IMG/VR virus record: IMGVR_UViG_3300009174_000002 | Span: 51,517 to 115,516 of that record | Source: a virus | Reading direction: 5' to 3' (one strand) | DNA length: 64,000 bases | Shown: piece by piece, positions 20,513 to 29,821 of the stretch | Layout of the letters: each line of letters starts with the position of its first letter | How positions within the stretch are numbered: the stretch's first letter is position 1 | Program-made: the position numbers and the translations under genes | The notes under the pieces: generated by a model | The model's database searches: none | Told to the model about the DNA's origin: nothing | Seen by the model: only the letters and a program-made list of their open reading frames with translations

Positions 20513-22381
20513 CTAAATAAATCTAGTATTCTGTTTTAAGTTAGAACCAGATTCTTTATCTATATTAAAAGAATGCTCTCGCATCTTATTGTATTTGGTT
20601 GACATTCCTGTACTGATTGATTCCCTTTTTCTAATTATACTACCATTTGCAGTATGAGGATTTTCTGATAACATTCTACTATCTTCACCTTTTTGTATTT
20701 CAAACACTTGATTAAATACTTTTCTATTTTTATCTGATCTAAATATTACATAGAATATATAATAAACGGCATGCTGGGTAGCCATAATCAAATCATCATT
20801 TTTCTCAGGTGCATGGCGTCTTTTTCCATCCTTATCCCAAATCCAAGTATCTAATTCTGCTACTAAATCCAAACAATGTATTTTTAATTTTCTATTTCTA
20901 ATTACTTGCTCGAGTCTATCTCCTCCTTCCCATCTAACCTGTTCACTAGGCCATAAACCTATTTTTCTTTTCTTTAAACCTGTAGAAGGATCTTGTTTTC
21001 TCAAAGTTGAATAATAAATATTTGGATATCCATCTTGTTTTAAGGTTTGTAAGGTGGTTCCTCCACCTCCTGCATTTTCAACAATTACAGGACATTTGCC
21101 ATATCTTTTTCCAGCTAGTTCAATTATTTTTGCAAACGTATCTGGTAATAATTGTGCTTTAAAAGTTGCACAAATATCCAGAGTTTCTATATCTATAATT
21201 GCAAAAGCGGAATAATCTGATCCATCTCCAGTTGCAACGTCTGCTCCTAAAATATATCTTTTATTAGGCTGAGGTGCGATATACTCTTTATATAATTTGA
21301 ATATTCCGTTTACATTTGCAAAAATTTCAGCAAATGTTTTATGAGGAGATTTTTTTATAAATACTCTTAAATCTCTCAATATTTCTGTACTTAATACTTC
21401 ACCACCAGTACCCATAAAACTGCAATCTAATTCAGCCTTACTTTTTTCTGGTCCTAATTTATCGCTTTCAAAATCATACCAAGGACTTCTTAATTTTCCG
21501 TCTTTAATAAAATTATAGTTATCCTTTGGTATTTCTACATACATACCAGTTTCTTTATCAAATACACTTTCAGGCCATTTGTTATTATATAATTTTAAGT
21601 ATCCGCCTTGTGGATGTTCAGAATCTTCCATCCATCTATACATACCCATATTAAAAATTGGGTGTCTTTTCCAATGGGCATCAATTATATTAAAGCCTAA
21701 TTTCTTATGATTAGAATAAGTATTATAATACCATCCTGAAGTACCTTTGGGAGTACTAATCATAATAGATTTTCCTTTTACTGTTGTTAATGCTGGACCA
21801 GCTGCTGCCCAAATTTCTCCCATTTTCTCGGGTGATGACCTATCAATAAACGCCACCTCATCCACAACAAGTAAGTTTAAATTAGTAAAACCTCTACCCG
21901 CATCCGCTGACGTAGATTGAGCTTTAACTACAGATTCGTTATTTAATGTAAAACTTTCCTTATTATTATATCCTTCTTTAAATCCACAAAATAACCATGG
22001 ATAATTTTCATCAACTTCTACTAAAATATCTTTAATAGTCTTTATGAATCCCTTCGCATCATCCATTGTCTTAGAAATAAGCAAAGTCTGAAAGGATTTA
22101 ATAAATAACATTTTATAAGCTATATAACCTGATGTAAAACTAGTAAACCCCATCTGCCTGGTTTTCATAGTTATATTATTAGTATAACTTTCATAGCAAT
22201 TAAGGGCATCTATTTGATGAGGGAATAATTTAAAAGGTTTTCTTTTTCCGCCGGCATTTACAGTAAAATACGTTTCTATGCAGTATTTTATGTCCAGGGC
22301 ACACTTAAAATATTCTTTTACAATAACATCTGCCCTGGTTTTTTCATCTAAAGAACTTAAATATTCCTTTGTTAAAACCAT
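20513..22381 (-). CDS. terL: Terminase large subunit (T4 gp17-like)
   Basis: LFPHQ, KTRQMGFTS, LLVVDEVAF (Walker B), ISTPKG; nuclease domain GADVATGDGSDYSAF and NDDLIMA. Confidence 0.95.
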   Translation of the reverse strand: MVLTKEYLSSLDEKTRADVIVKEYFKCALDIKYCIETYFTVNAGGKRKPFKLFPHQIDALNCYESYTNNITMKTRQMGFTSFTSGYIAYKMLFIKSFQTLLISKTMDDAKGFIKTIKDILVEVDENYPWLFCGFKEGYNNKESFTLNNESVVKAQSTSADAGRGFTNLNLLVVDEVAFIDRSSPEKMGEIWAAAGPALTTVKGKSIMISTPKGTSGWYYNTYSNHKKLGFNIIDAHWKRHPIFNMGMYRWMEDSEHPQGGYLKLYNNKWPESVFDKETGMYVEIPKDNYNFIKDGKLRSPWYDFESDKLGPEKSKAELDCSFMGTGGEVLSTEILRDLRVFIKKSPHKTFAEIFANVNGIFKLYKEYIAPQPNKRYILGADVATGDGSDYSAFAIIDIETLDICATFKAQLLPDTFAKIIELAGKRYGKCPVIVENAGGGGTTLQTLKQDGYPNIYYSTLRKQDPSTGLKKRKIGLWPSEQVRWEGGDRLEQVIRNRKLKIHCLDLVAELDTWIWDKDGKRRHAPEKNDDLIMATQHAVYYIFYVIFRSDKNRKVFNQVFEIQKGEDSRMLSENPHTANGSIIRKRESISTGMSTKYNKMREHSFNIDKESGSNLKQNTRFI

Positions 22382-22465
22382 TAAAAATCATGCTTTTATA
22401 GCCTTTAAATAGCACGATTTTAATCTAGAACAGAGATAAAAGTTTTACTCAAAAAGTAAAACTTT

Positions 22466-22491
22466 GTTTACTTAAGGCTATATATCTTTAT
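22466..22491 (+). promoter_or_regulatory. Early-type promoter motif
   Basis: Identical to 5226..5251; preceded by the hairpin aagttttact/agtaaaactt. Confidence 0.7.
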
Positions 22492-22505
22492 AGTAAATAA
22501 GAAAT

Positions 22506-22727
22506 ATGAAAAATTTAACTCCGAGAGAATTTAAAACTTTCGTTAAAAATATTAAGTCAAAAAGGAATAAAGGTAAAAATTTAACTATTTATGAACTTTA
22601 TATAGAAGCTTGTGATAATTATAATCAAGCCTTAAGCCAAGATAATAATGATAAAAATTACTTTGAAGGAAAAAAGAATGCTTATTTTGAAGTTTTGGAA
22701 ATCTTAGAAAATCAAATAAAAAAATAA
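22506..22727 (+). CDS. Hypothetical protein
   Basis: ORF directly after the promoter motif. Confidence 0.65.
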   Translation: MKNLTPREFKTFVKNIKSKRNKGKNLTIYELYIEACDNYNQALSQDNNDKNYFEGKKNAYFEVLEILENQIKK

Positions 22728-22780
22728 TTATGGATAAATGAAAAAAATTCACGAAATAACTTAATAAATAAATTTGTTAG

Positions 22781-23044
22781 ATGTCTAAAATATATTATAT
22801 AAAAAGTTTTAAAAGACAAAAATATAAGTATATTGCTTTTTATGAAACTACTTCATATAGTTTAGGATTTTATTTTAAGATAGATAAAAAGACAAAAACT
22901 ATATGGTTGCATCTTCCTTTAGTTAAACCTAAAGAAACAAAAATTGATATAAAACATTATAAAGAAATTATCCTTAATTTAAAAGCAAATAATCCAAAAA
23001 ATGTTATAGGAATAGTTATAAATAAGGCTAATAAACTAATGTAG
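22781..23044 (+). CDS. Hypothetical protein
   Basis: 87-aa basic ORF. Confidence 0.55.
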   Translation: MSKIYYIKSFKRQKYKYIAFYETTSYSLGFYFKIDKKTKTIWLHLPLVKPKETKIDIKHYKEIILNLKANNPKNVIGIVINKANKLM

Positions 23045-23047
23045 TTT

Positions 23048-23073
23048 GTTTACTGGTTTCTTTATAATTTTAT
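23048..23073 (+). promoter_or_regulatory. Early-type promoter motif
   Basis: gtttact ggtttcttta taattttat, same spacing as the other copies, ahead of a small membrane ORF at 23093. Confidence 0.5.
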
Positions 23074-23198
23074 TAAATTAAGAAACAAAACAATGAAACT
23101 TAAGAAAAAAATATTATTTGAATTTCTTTTAATAGTTGGATTTTTTATATTCACAATAATTTTTCTATTAAAATACGGTTTTACCAATTAGGCAAGTT

Positions 23199-23795
23199 AT
23201 GAAACAAGCAGAGATTAAATTAGGCCTTTGTCCTAAATGTTATAAGTTTGGAGATAAATGCTCCTGTGGTTATAATTATGGATTTTCTTCTCAAGAAGAA
23301 TTAGAAAATTATCTAGATCATTTATTTAGTCAAAAAGAATTTATCGGAACTGTAATAAGTAAAAATTTATTAGAATTAAATCAAAGACCAAAGGTAGGAA
23401 TGTTAGTATATATTCAGCATACTGGCATTTTAATAATTACACAAAAAGATAGTTTAACTTATGAGGATAATGAACTTTCATTAAACTATGCTCAACTTTT
23501 ATATTCAAGGGGCGAATTAAAAACCATTTATGTTAAGGGAATAAATGAATTTTCCATGGAAGCCCAATTACGGTATGCAGAATGGCAAGATGTTTTAATT
23601 GAAGATTTACTTGATACCAGTAAATCAATTAGATTTAGAGTAAACAAAGTAAAGTGTCATGGTACTTTAAAAAAATCAGAAGAAAAAAATACATATATCT
23701 GTGATAAATGTAATAATAGCATAATACTTAATGTTAAAAAAATACCTACAGTTTGCCCTTTTAAAAACGAACTAAGGGCTAGATTAATTCTTTAA
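23199..23795 (+). CDS. Hypothetical protein with Zn-ribbon-like Cys motifs
   Basis: CPKC..CSC and CDKC..CPF; core similar to 7611..8183. Confidence 0.7.
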   Translation: MKQAEIKLGLCPKCYKFGDKCSCGYNYGFSSQEELENYLDHLFSQKEFIGTVISKNLLELNQRPKVGMLVYIQHTGILIITQKDSLTYEDNELSLNYAQLLYSRGELKTIYVKGINEFSMEAQLRYAEWQDVLIEDLLDTSKSIRFRVNKVKCHGTLKKSEEKNTYICDKCNNSIILNVKKIPTVCPFKNELRARLIL

Positions 23796-23811
23796 TAATA
23801 ATTATATTTCT

Positions 23812-24057
23812 ATGCCAAATCTAAGAATGAGAGAAAAAGTATCTAAATATGAGGCCATTGATATTTCCGATAAGCCAAAAAATAAAGATGGAGATTATAT
23901 TTTAAATACTTTTATTGAGGATAAGGATTATTGTGATATAAAAGAAGAATTTTGGATTTGGTCTATTGGTGAACATATAATTACTGGCGAAATATTAGCT
24001 AGTACCTCTAACAAGTTTTATCAAAATCCAGATTATAATTGTTTATTTTTAAGATAA
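23812..24057 (+). CDS. Hypothetical protein
   Basis: 81-aa ORF. Confidence 0.7.
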   Translation: MPNLRMREKVSKYEAIDISDKPKNKDGDYILNTFIEDKDYCDIKEEFWIWSIGEHIITGEILASTSNKFYQNPDYNCLFLR

Positions 24058-24086
24058 AAAAAGGATAGTATAAAACTATCCTTTTT
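24056..24086. terminator. Bidirectional terminator between convergent genes
   Basis: aaaaggatagt-ataaa-actatcctttt. Confidence 0.75.
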
Positions 24087-24104
24087 CATAACTAAATCAA
24101 TAAA

Positions 24105-24563
24105 TTAGTTATTTAGGGAAATCCCCAAGCCTACTGTAGTCATAAATTTTCCAGTGTTGTTGTCTATTGCAACCCCCGCCATAAAAAGATTATTTAATAA
24201 TCCCGCCATAATTCCAGTAGCGGTAATAGGTTTACCATTAGGTAAATTACTTACTACAGTACCTATATACTGAATTGCAGAAATAGACCAAATAGCTTCC
24301 CATTTTGTTGTAACAGGATCATATTTTAAATGTTGATAGCTTACCCCTGCACCTGTCATTAATTGATTACCAGGTAAACTATAGGCAGCAAGATTTACTA
24401 CTGGTCTAAAAGCATTAATAGTAGAATCTTTGGTTGTACCCGCAACTGTTAAAGCATAACGCTGTTGCTTAATTTTAGGAACTGGTTTAAAAAAACTTTG
24501 TGCACTACAAACATTGTACATTACTAAAATACTAACTGATAAAAACAATACTTTAAATTTCAT
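24105..24563 (-). CDS. Secreted or outer-membrane beta-rich protein
   Basis: Signal peptide ending VCSA-Q; amphipathic beta-strands; C-terminal TVGLGISL. Confidence 0.6.
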   Translation of the reverse strand: MKFKVLFLSVSILVMYNVCSAQSFFKPVPKIKQQRYALTVAGTTKDSTINAFRPVVNLAAYSLPGNQLMTGAGVSYQHLKYDPVTTKWEAIWSISAIQYIGTVVSNLPNGKPITATGIMAGLLNNLFMAGVAIDNNTGKFMTTVGLGISLNN

Positions 24564-24578
24564 TTTTTTAATTTTTAT

Positions 24579-25190
24579 TTGAACTTATATGATAAATATA
24601 TAAATTCATTTATCAAGTTCAAAAAAATTAATGGAATGTATTTTTGGGAAGATGAAGAAAAAAATAAAATTGGGAAACTTGGAATAAAATTAGTTCAACT
24701 TCATTGTGAAGAAAATTATTTAAATTTTAGACTTGCGACCATAGAAGAAGATAGAGAAAAAGGAATAGATTGTTTTATAAATGATGTAGCTACAGATATA
24801 AAAAATACACACAAGATTTTTTTAGGAAACTATGATAAAAATAAAAAGAAGTTTTTTACTCGTCATCCCTTTAAAAAAACTACTGGTTGTGAACAATATT
24901 GTATTTTAGATACAAATCCTAAAGAAGGAAAATACAATATAAAGTATTTAGGAAGTATAAGAGAATATTTATCTACAAATTATTTTAAAGATATACAAGC
25001 AATTATAATCATTTTTAATATATTACAAAAATATGATAAAAATGATTATAAATCACTAGGATTTAATTCTGCCGAGCAATTGCTGTTAAGTTTAAAGAAA
25101 GAAATTTTACCTTTATTGAGAAAGAATGTAAATTGCAGATATGATAATTATGAAGTAAGACAGGAAAGAGTAGCTATTTATCTTTATTAA
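24579..25190 (+). CDS. Putative PD-(D/E)XK nuclease-like protein
   Basis: EDREKGIDCFI...TDIK pattern. Confidence 0.45.
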   Translation: MNLYDKYINSFIKFKKINGMYFWEDEEKNKIGKLGIKLVQLHCEENYLNFRLATIEEDREKGIDCFINDVATDIKNTHKIFLGNYDKNKKKFFTRHPFKKTTGCEQYCILDTNPKEGKYNIKYLGSIREYLSTNYFKDIQAIIIIFNILQKYDKNDYKSLGFNSAEQLLLSLKKEILPLLRKNVNCRYDNYEVRQERVAIYLY

Positions 25191-25812
25191 TTTTTTGTTT
25201 AAATTCATAAGAATATTCTAAATACTCTTTTATTGCTAATGTAAATTGTTGCAATAAATTATATAAATCATCTAATGTAAATTCCTTATTATAAAATTTA
25301 AATTTTTCTTGTAAATTTTTTAAAATTAATTCTGCTGTTTCGCTAAAATAAGCATTTATATCTAGTTCTGTTAGAATTTCTTGAAATATTAATTCTTTAG
25401 TAATTGGTCTACCTTCTACTCTTCGAGGTTTAAACAAATTTTCTTCTTCTAATATATTACTTTTTTTGCCTGTGGGATATTGTGATAATGCCAAACCCAT
25501 TAAAGTTTTTAAACTTTCAACATATATTTTAGCTTTTCTTTGATTATTTAAACCTTCTACTGCTAATCCATATTTATAATTTTTCTTTACATTTTTATCT
25601 CTACTTAAAAACCCTAAATATAAATTAGAAAATTCTTGAGTTAATATTATTGATTCTAACCCTGCTATTCCTTGATATTTATCATACAATTGTCTAAAAA
25701 GAAGTAAAGGTTCTTCTACATCTTTATTTTCAATAATTATAACTTTTTTACCTGTAGCTTCTTCTAATTTCTCAATCAAAATCTTCTCTCGGTTGGACAT
25801 TGAATTTTTCAT
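25174..25812 (-). CDS. Protein carrying both a GKKV leader and an internal LFKPRR tag
   Basis: KLEEATGKKVIIIE ... ILEEENLFKPRRVEGRPITK. Confidence 0.65.
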   Translation of the reverse strand: MKNSMSNREKILIEKLEEATGKKVIIIENKDVEEPLLLFRQLYDKYQGIAGLESIILTQEFSNLYLGFLSRDKNVKKNYKYGLAVEGLNNQRKAKIYVESLKTLMGLALSQYPTGKKSNILEEENLFKPRRVEGRPITKELIFQEILTELDINAYFSETAELILKNLQEKFKFYNKEFTLDDLYNLLQQFTLAIKEYLEYSYEFKQKINKDK

Positions 25813-26452
25813 TAGTAGGTAATTCTAATTCATTGCTAGCACCTGCCAAATACAGCAATAATATATCTTCTTTTTTAGGGTTATTAAAAAAGTTTTGTAA
25901 ATTTTTTCTTAACTTTTTAACTGTATTAGAATATATATTTTTTTCATTATCCCTAAGTTTTTCTAACATTCCAGCAATTACTCCTTTATGTCTTAATTCT
26001 TCTTCACTATCTGCTAATTTTATTATTCTTACTTTTTCAAATTGTAAACTAGGATATTTATTATCTAAAATTTTGTTAACTAAACTTTCAATATTTTTAT
26101 ATTGTCTAGTTTTTACTAAAAAAACATATTCTGTAGAAGAGGACCAATTTTCCTTTTTAATGGTATTTGCTATAGCTATATAAAAATGTTCTGGAGTTTT
26201 TAAATTGAGAGTTTCATACTCAGTTTTAAATTTATTTTTTAATTCTTCTCTCCTTTTTTTAATATTATTTATTCTCTCATCTCTTAATACTTGTTCTCTA
26301 TCCTCTACTCTTCTAGGCTTAAAAAGATTATCTTCTAAAACTTCATCTTCATCAAGAAGCCCATAATTATCATAACTAGGAGATTCTAAAATTAATCTTT
26401 CTTTAGAGTATTTTTTTAATAATTTTATTATATTTTGTTTTTTTGTAACCAT
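25772..26452 (-). CDS. LFKPRR-tagged putative head protein
   Basis: RLILES...VLEDNLFKPRRVEDRE. Confidence 0.65.
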   Translation of the reverse strand: MVTKKQNIIKLLKKYSKERLILESPSYDNYGLLDEDEVLEDNLFKPRRVEDREQVLRDERINNIKKRREELKNKFKTEYETLNLKTPEHFYIAIANTIKKENWSSSTEYVFLVKTRQYKNIESLVNKILDNKYPSLQFEKVRIIKLADSEEELRHKGVIAGMLEKLRDNEKNIYSNTVKKLRKNLQNFFNNPKKEDILLLYLAGASNELELPTNEKFNVQPREDFD

Positions 26453-26454
26453 TT

Positions 26455-26769
26455 TTACATTGTATCAGAATGAAAATAAGTAAGAATATTAAATTCTAAA
26501 TCTTCAGTAAGTTGTTCTACTAATAATTTCATAACTTTTCTTAAATCTTCTTCTTGCAATTCTAATTTATGGTTTTGGAATTGTTTTTCTAATTTATCAA
26601 ATAATTTATCTATAGTTATTTGATAAAAATTTTCTTTATCTAATTCCTCTAAAATATTTTCATATAAATCGGTTTTAGTAATTGGTCTACCTTCTAACCT
26701 ACGAGGTTTGAAAAGATTTTCTTCTTCTGATTCTAACAATATTTTACTTACTAATTTTATCTTTTCCAT
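26455..26769 (-). CDS. LFKPRR-tagged putative head protein
   Basis: KILLESEEENLFKPRRLEGRPITK; paralog of the C-terminus of 25174..25812. Confidence 0.65.
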   Translation of the reverse strand: MEKIKLVSKILLESEEENLFKPRRLEGRPITKTDLYENILEELDKENFYQITIDKLFDKLEKQFQNHKLELQEEDLRKVMKLLVEQLTEDLEFNILTYFHSDTM

Positions 26770-28868
26770 GCAAATAAAGGAATTGAAGTTTGTTTGGCTA
26801 AAAACATTACTTTTCCTAATCCTTTTAAATCATTCTCATATAAACCTACTACTTCTACTATACCATAGTTTTTCTTACCTTCCAGGTCCAATAATTCTCT
26901 TATTACACCTTTGTTAGTAGATTCATTTAGATTGCCTTTAATCAAGAAAAATTGCCCAGTTTTACTATTTTTAACCAAGGTATTTTTAGCCTGTGGAGTA
27001 TGTTTTGTAATATTAGAAAAAGCCTCGTTTAAACCTGTTTTAAGATTAACTATACCCAGTTGTTTTACATTCCATCCAGGAACATAATTTGTATTTTCAA
27101 ACTCTTTTAAAATATCTGTATCTCTAAAAGAATTAGTTATATTTCTATTAACTATATCTTTATCTTCTACTATTAATTTTTTAAACATTTTCTCTCTCCT
27201 TGTATCAGGCTTACCTTTAATCTCTGCTATAATAGCTTTATTCAAACTAGTATAACTTTCATTAAAAGAAGTTTTCCAAGGAGATAAAGTTTCGAATTTA
27301 CTTCTATCTTCATAGGTAATTTTATAAGTTTTTAAATCTTTTTCAACAAATAAATTTAATCTTTGTTTATTATCCGAAGATAATTTAGACAGTCTACATC
27401 CAGATTTTCTAACTGCTTCATCTAATGCTTTTACATCTTCTTCTTCTATCATCCACCCGGTAATATGAATTTTTACAGCCCTTCCGCCTCCTACCGGGAC
27501 ATTCCCGGTTTGCTCGGTTGGTGTGTTTATATCTAAAATATCTTCATCATCTTCTGTAAATAATCCACCTTCATTTGGTTCAAATTCATTTTCCATATGG
27601 CTAGAAATAGGATCAGAGGTAATATCTTCATCTTCTTCATTACTTATACTATTATATCCATATTCATTTAAAAGTTCTAAATCTTCATCTTCATCTTCAG
27701 CTGGAGCATCTAAAATTTCTAAAGAATCATTACTTTCTGCACTTTGTCCAACAGGACCTGTTGCATTAGGATTATTAACTCCACCAGTGACTTGTCCACC
27801 TTTTGTTTGATCACCATCTCCTTCTAAATATTCTAAATAACTTTCATCATGTTCTATTCTATTTTCTATATTTTGTATTTCACTTGAAATTTCTCCAAAT
27901 TCAGTACTCAATACATCTACATTCCCTGTAGGTGCCCCAGTAGCTTGGTTAACTACTTCGGTATTATTTACAAATCCATCGGTAACATTGATTTGTGAAG
28001 GGGTATTAGTATTATTTTTTTGAGTTAAAATATTATTTACAAGGTCTTGTAATTCATCATTGGTTACATACTTATTAGTTTCGGTGCTAATTTGAGTATT
28101 AACTACTTTTGGTTTTACTTCCATATTTGGTTCTTCTATTTCTTCTTCGCCTTCCTCATCAAAAATACTCAATAAATCATCTCCTTCTAAATCAATATCA
28201 TCATCTATTTCTTCTTCCTCATCTGAGATTTCTTTTCCATCAGTATAATCCTCATCTTCATCATCCAAATTATCGTCTAACAATAATTCTTTTCCTTCAT
28301 TATTTTTCTTAATAGGATCTAAAATATCTTCTTCTTGATTTTCTGGTTCTACATCAGTATCTTCATCTTCTTCTTCCTCATTATCTCCAGGGGCTTCTTT
28401 AAAGAAAGTTTTTTTAAATTTCTTAATAGGAATTTTCTTACTTTCCTTTAGTATTTCCTTTTCACCAAACTTTTCTTTGAAGGATTCAAATAGCTTGATT
28501 AAATCTCGATCACTTAAACTATTTAAGTTTTTATTTGTTTTATATGATTCATTTAAAAACTTATACATAAGCTGATCATCTCCTTTCTTTGGTGAAAAAC
28601 CTCCGAAAAATAATCTGTCTTTTAATGTGGAAAATTCCATTGATTCTTGTATTTGATTTTGTTGTTCTTTTTCTATAGGTTTAGCAATAAAATAATCAGC
28701 GGTACTATCATATACTACTGAAATGCCTTTTGTAAGCATATCATTTACATATTGTCTCCATTTACTGTCTGATTCAAATTTTGTTAAATAATTATAAGTC
28801 TTAGTTCCTTCTTGAATTATAACTTCATGGTCCAAACCTGTAAAATCTATACTTTTGTCATAATACAT
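26757..28868 (-). CDS. Large acidic putative prohead core/internal protein
   Basis: Long D/E-rich tract, many LxE/IxE sites, preceded by TATTTAAA. Confidence 0.6.
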   Translation of the reverse strand: MYYDKSIDFTGLDHEVIIQEGTKTYNYLTKFESDSKWRQYVNDMLTKGISVVYDSTADYFIAKPIEKEQQNQIQESMEFSTLKDRLFFGGFSPKKGDDQLMYKFLNESYKTNKNLNSLSDRDLIKLFESFKEKFGEKEILKESKKIPIKKFKKTFFKEAPGDNEEEEDEDTDVEPENQEEDILDPIKKNNEGKELLLDDNLDDEDEDYTDGKEISDEEEEIDDDIDLEGDDLLSIFDEEGEEEIEEPNMEVKPKVVNTQISTETNKYVTNDELQDLVNNILTQKNNTNTPSQINVTDGFVNNTEVVNQATGAPTGNVDVLSTEFGEISSEIQNIENRIEHDESYLEYLEGDGDQTKGGQVTGGVNNPNATGPVGQSAESNDSLEILDAPAEDEDEDLELLNEYGYNSISNEEDEDITSDPISSHMENEFEPNEGGLFTEDDEDILDINTPTEQTGNVPVGGGRAVKIHITGWMIEEEDVKALDEAVRKSGCRLSKLSSDNKQRLNLFVEKDLKTYKITYEDRSKFETLSPWKTSFNESYTSLNKAIIAEIKGKPDTRREKMFKKLIVEDKDIVNRNITNSFRDTDILKEFENTNYVPGWNVKQLGIVNLKTGLNEAFSNITKHTPQAKNTLVKNSKTGQFFLIKGNLNESTNKGVIRELLDLEGKKNYGIVEVVGLYENDLKGLGKVMFLAKQTSIPLFAWKR

Positions 28869-28941
28869 CCTATAATTATATTTCCTTTTAAATAATGTAG
28901 ATTTTAATTTTGTATTATTTTAATATTATGTACCAGAATTT

Positions 28942-29361
28942 TTAATCACTACTACTATATAAATAAACTTTATCACCATTTTCATCAGTTAAAAAATCTA
29001 ACATATTATCTTCTTCTAGAACTTTAAATGTCCATTTTATAAGCTCCATATTTGGTATTACTTTTTCTATAGATGAGCCACTAATTTTAGAATCGTATCC
29101 GGCTTCAATTGCTTCATTTCTTACAACTGGTTTTGCCAATTCTAAGGCTTCTTTTCCATCCTTAGCTAAAACAAAACAAAATGCATCAAAAATATAATCA
29201 CCTAATATAATATTAACCTGATATAAATTTTTAAGATTTGGATACTTTTCTATTAGTTTTAATATTTTTTCTTTTTCTTCATCTTTTCTTCCTTCTATTC
29301 TTCTAGGTTTGAAAAGTTCATTTTCCTCAGATTCAAATAATATCTTATTTATTAAGTTCAT
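28942..29361 (-). CDS. LFKPRR-tagged protein (KYP...VLAK family)
   Basis: MNLINKILFESEENELFKPRR. Confidence 0.65.
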   Translation of the reverse strand: MNLINKILFESEENELFKPRRIEGRKDEEKEKILKLIEKYPNLKNLYQVNIILGDYIFDAFCFVLAKDGKEALELAKPVVRNEAIEAGYDSKISGSSIEKVIPNMELIKWTFKVLEEDNMLDFLTDENGDKVYLYSSSD

Positions 29362-29374
29362 TTAAAAAAATTAT

Positions 29375-29821
29375 TTAAGTACCTGATACATATATATAAA
29401 CTTTTTTCTTTCCTTTTAAAACCTTTAAAATTTCAGGATCATCTTCAACTTCATCTAACAAAAAGTTTAAAACATCTAGATCATCTATAACTTTTTGTAT
29501 ATTTTTATCAGTTATTTCAATTTCATTAATAGGAATTCTATAAAAAGATTTAGGAAAATAACTTTTTGCTTCTTTTGATGCGGATGGTAAAGCCAATTTA
29601 AAAGCTTCTTCTTCGTTTTTTGCTAATACATATGAACTTGTGTCATATATTTCATTAAAAGAAATATAAACGTCATATATATTTTCAATATAAGGATATT
29701 TTAACTTAAGTTGTTTTATTTCTTTTTTTAATTTATCCTCTCTATCCTTTACTCTTCTAGGCTTAAATAAACCATCCTCAGATTCTTTTAAAATAGTTAA
29801 TATTTTGGAATTAAGATTCAT
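29375..29821 (-). CDS. LFKPRR-tagged protein (KYP...VLAK family)
   Basis: MNLNSKILTILKESEDGLFKPRR. Confidence 0.65.
   Translation of the reverse strand: MNLNSKILTILKESEDGLFKPRRVKDREDKLKKEIKQLKLKYPYIENIYDVYISFNEIYDTSSYVLAKNEEEAFKLALPSASKEAKSYFPKSFYRIPINEIEITDKNIQKVIDDLDVLNFLLDEVEDDPEILKVLKGKKKVYIYVSGT

Noticed and set aside
20513-22381. Intein in the terminase
   Set aside because: Length and motif spacing are normal, and no Cys...His-Asn intein blocks are present.
25772-25812. Possible frameshift fusion of 25772..26452 with 25174..25812
   Set aside because: The downstream ORF has its own ATG codons and leader, so a simple overlap explains it.
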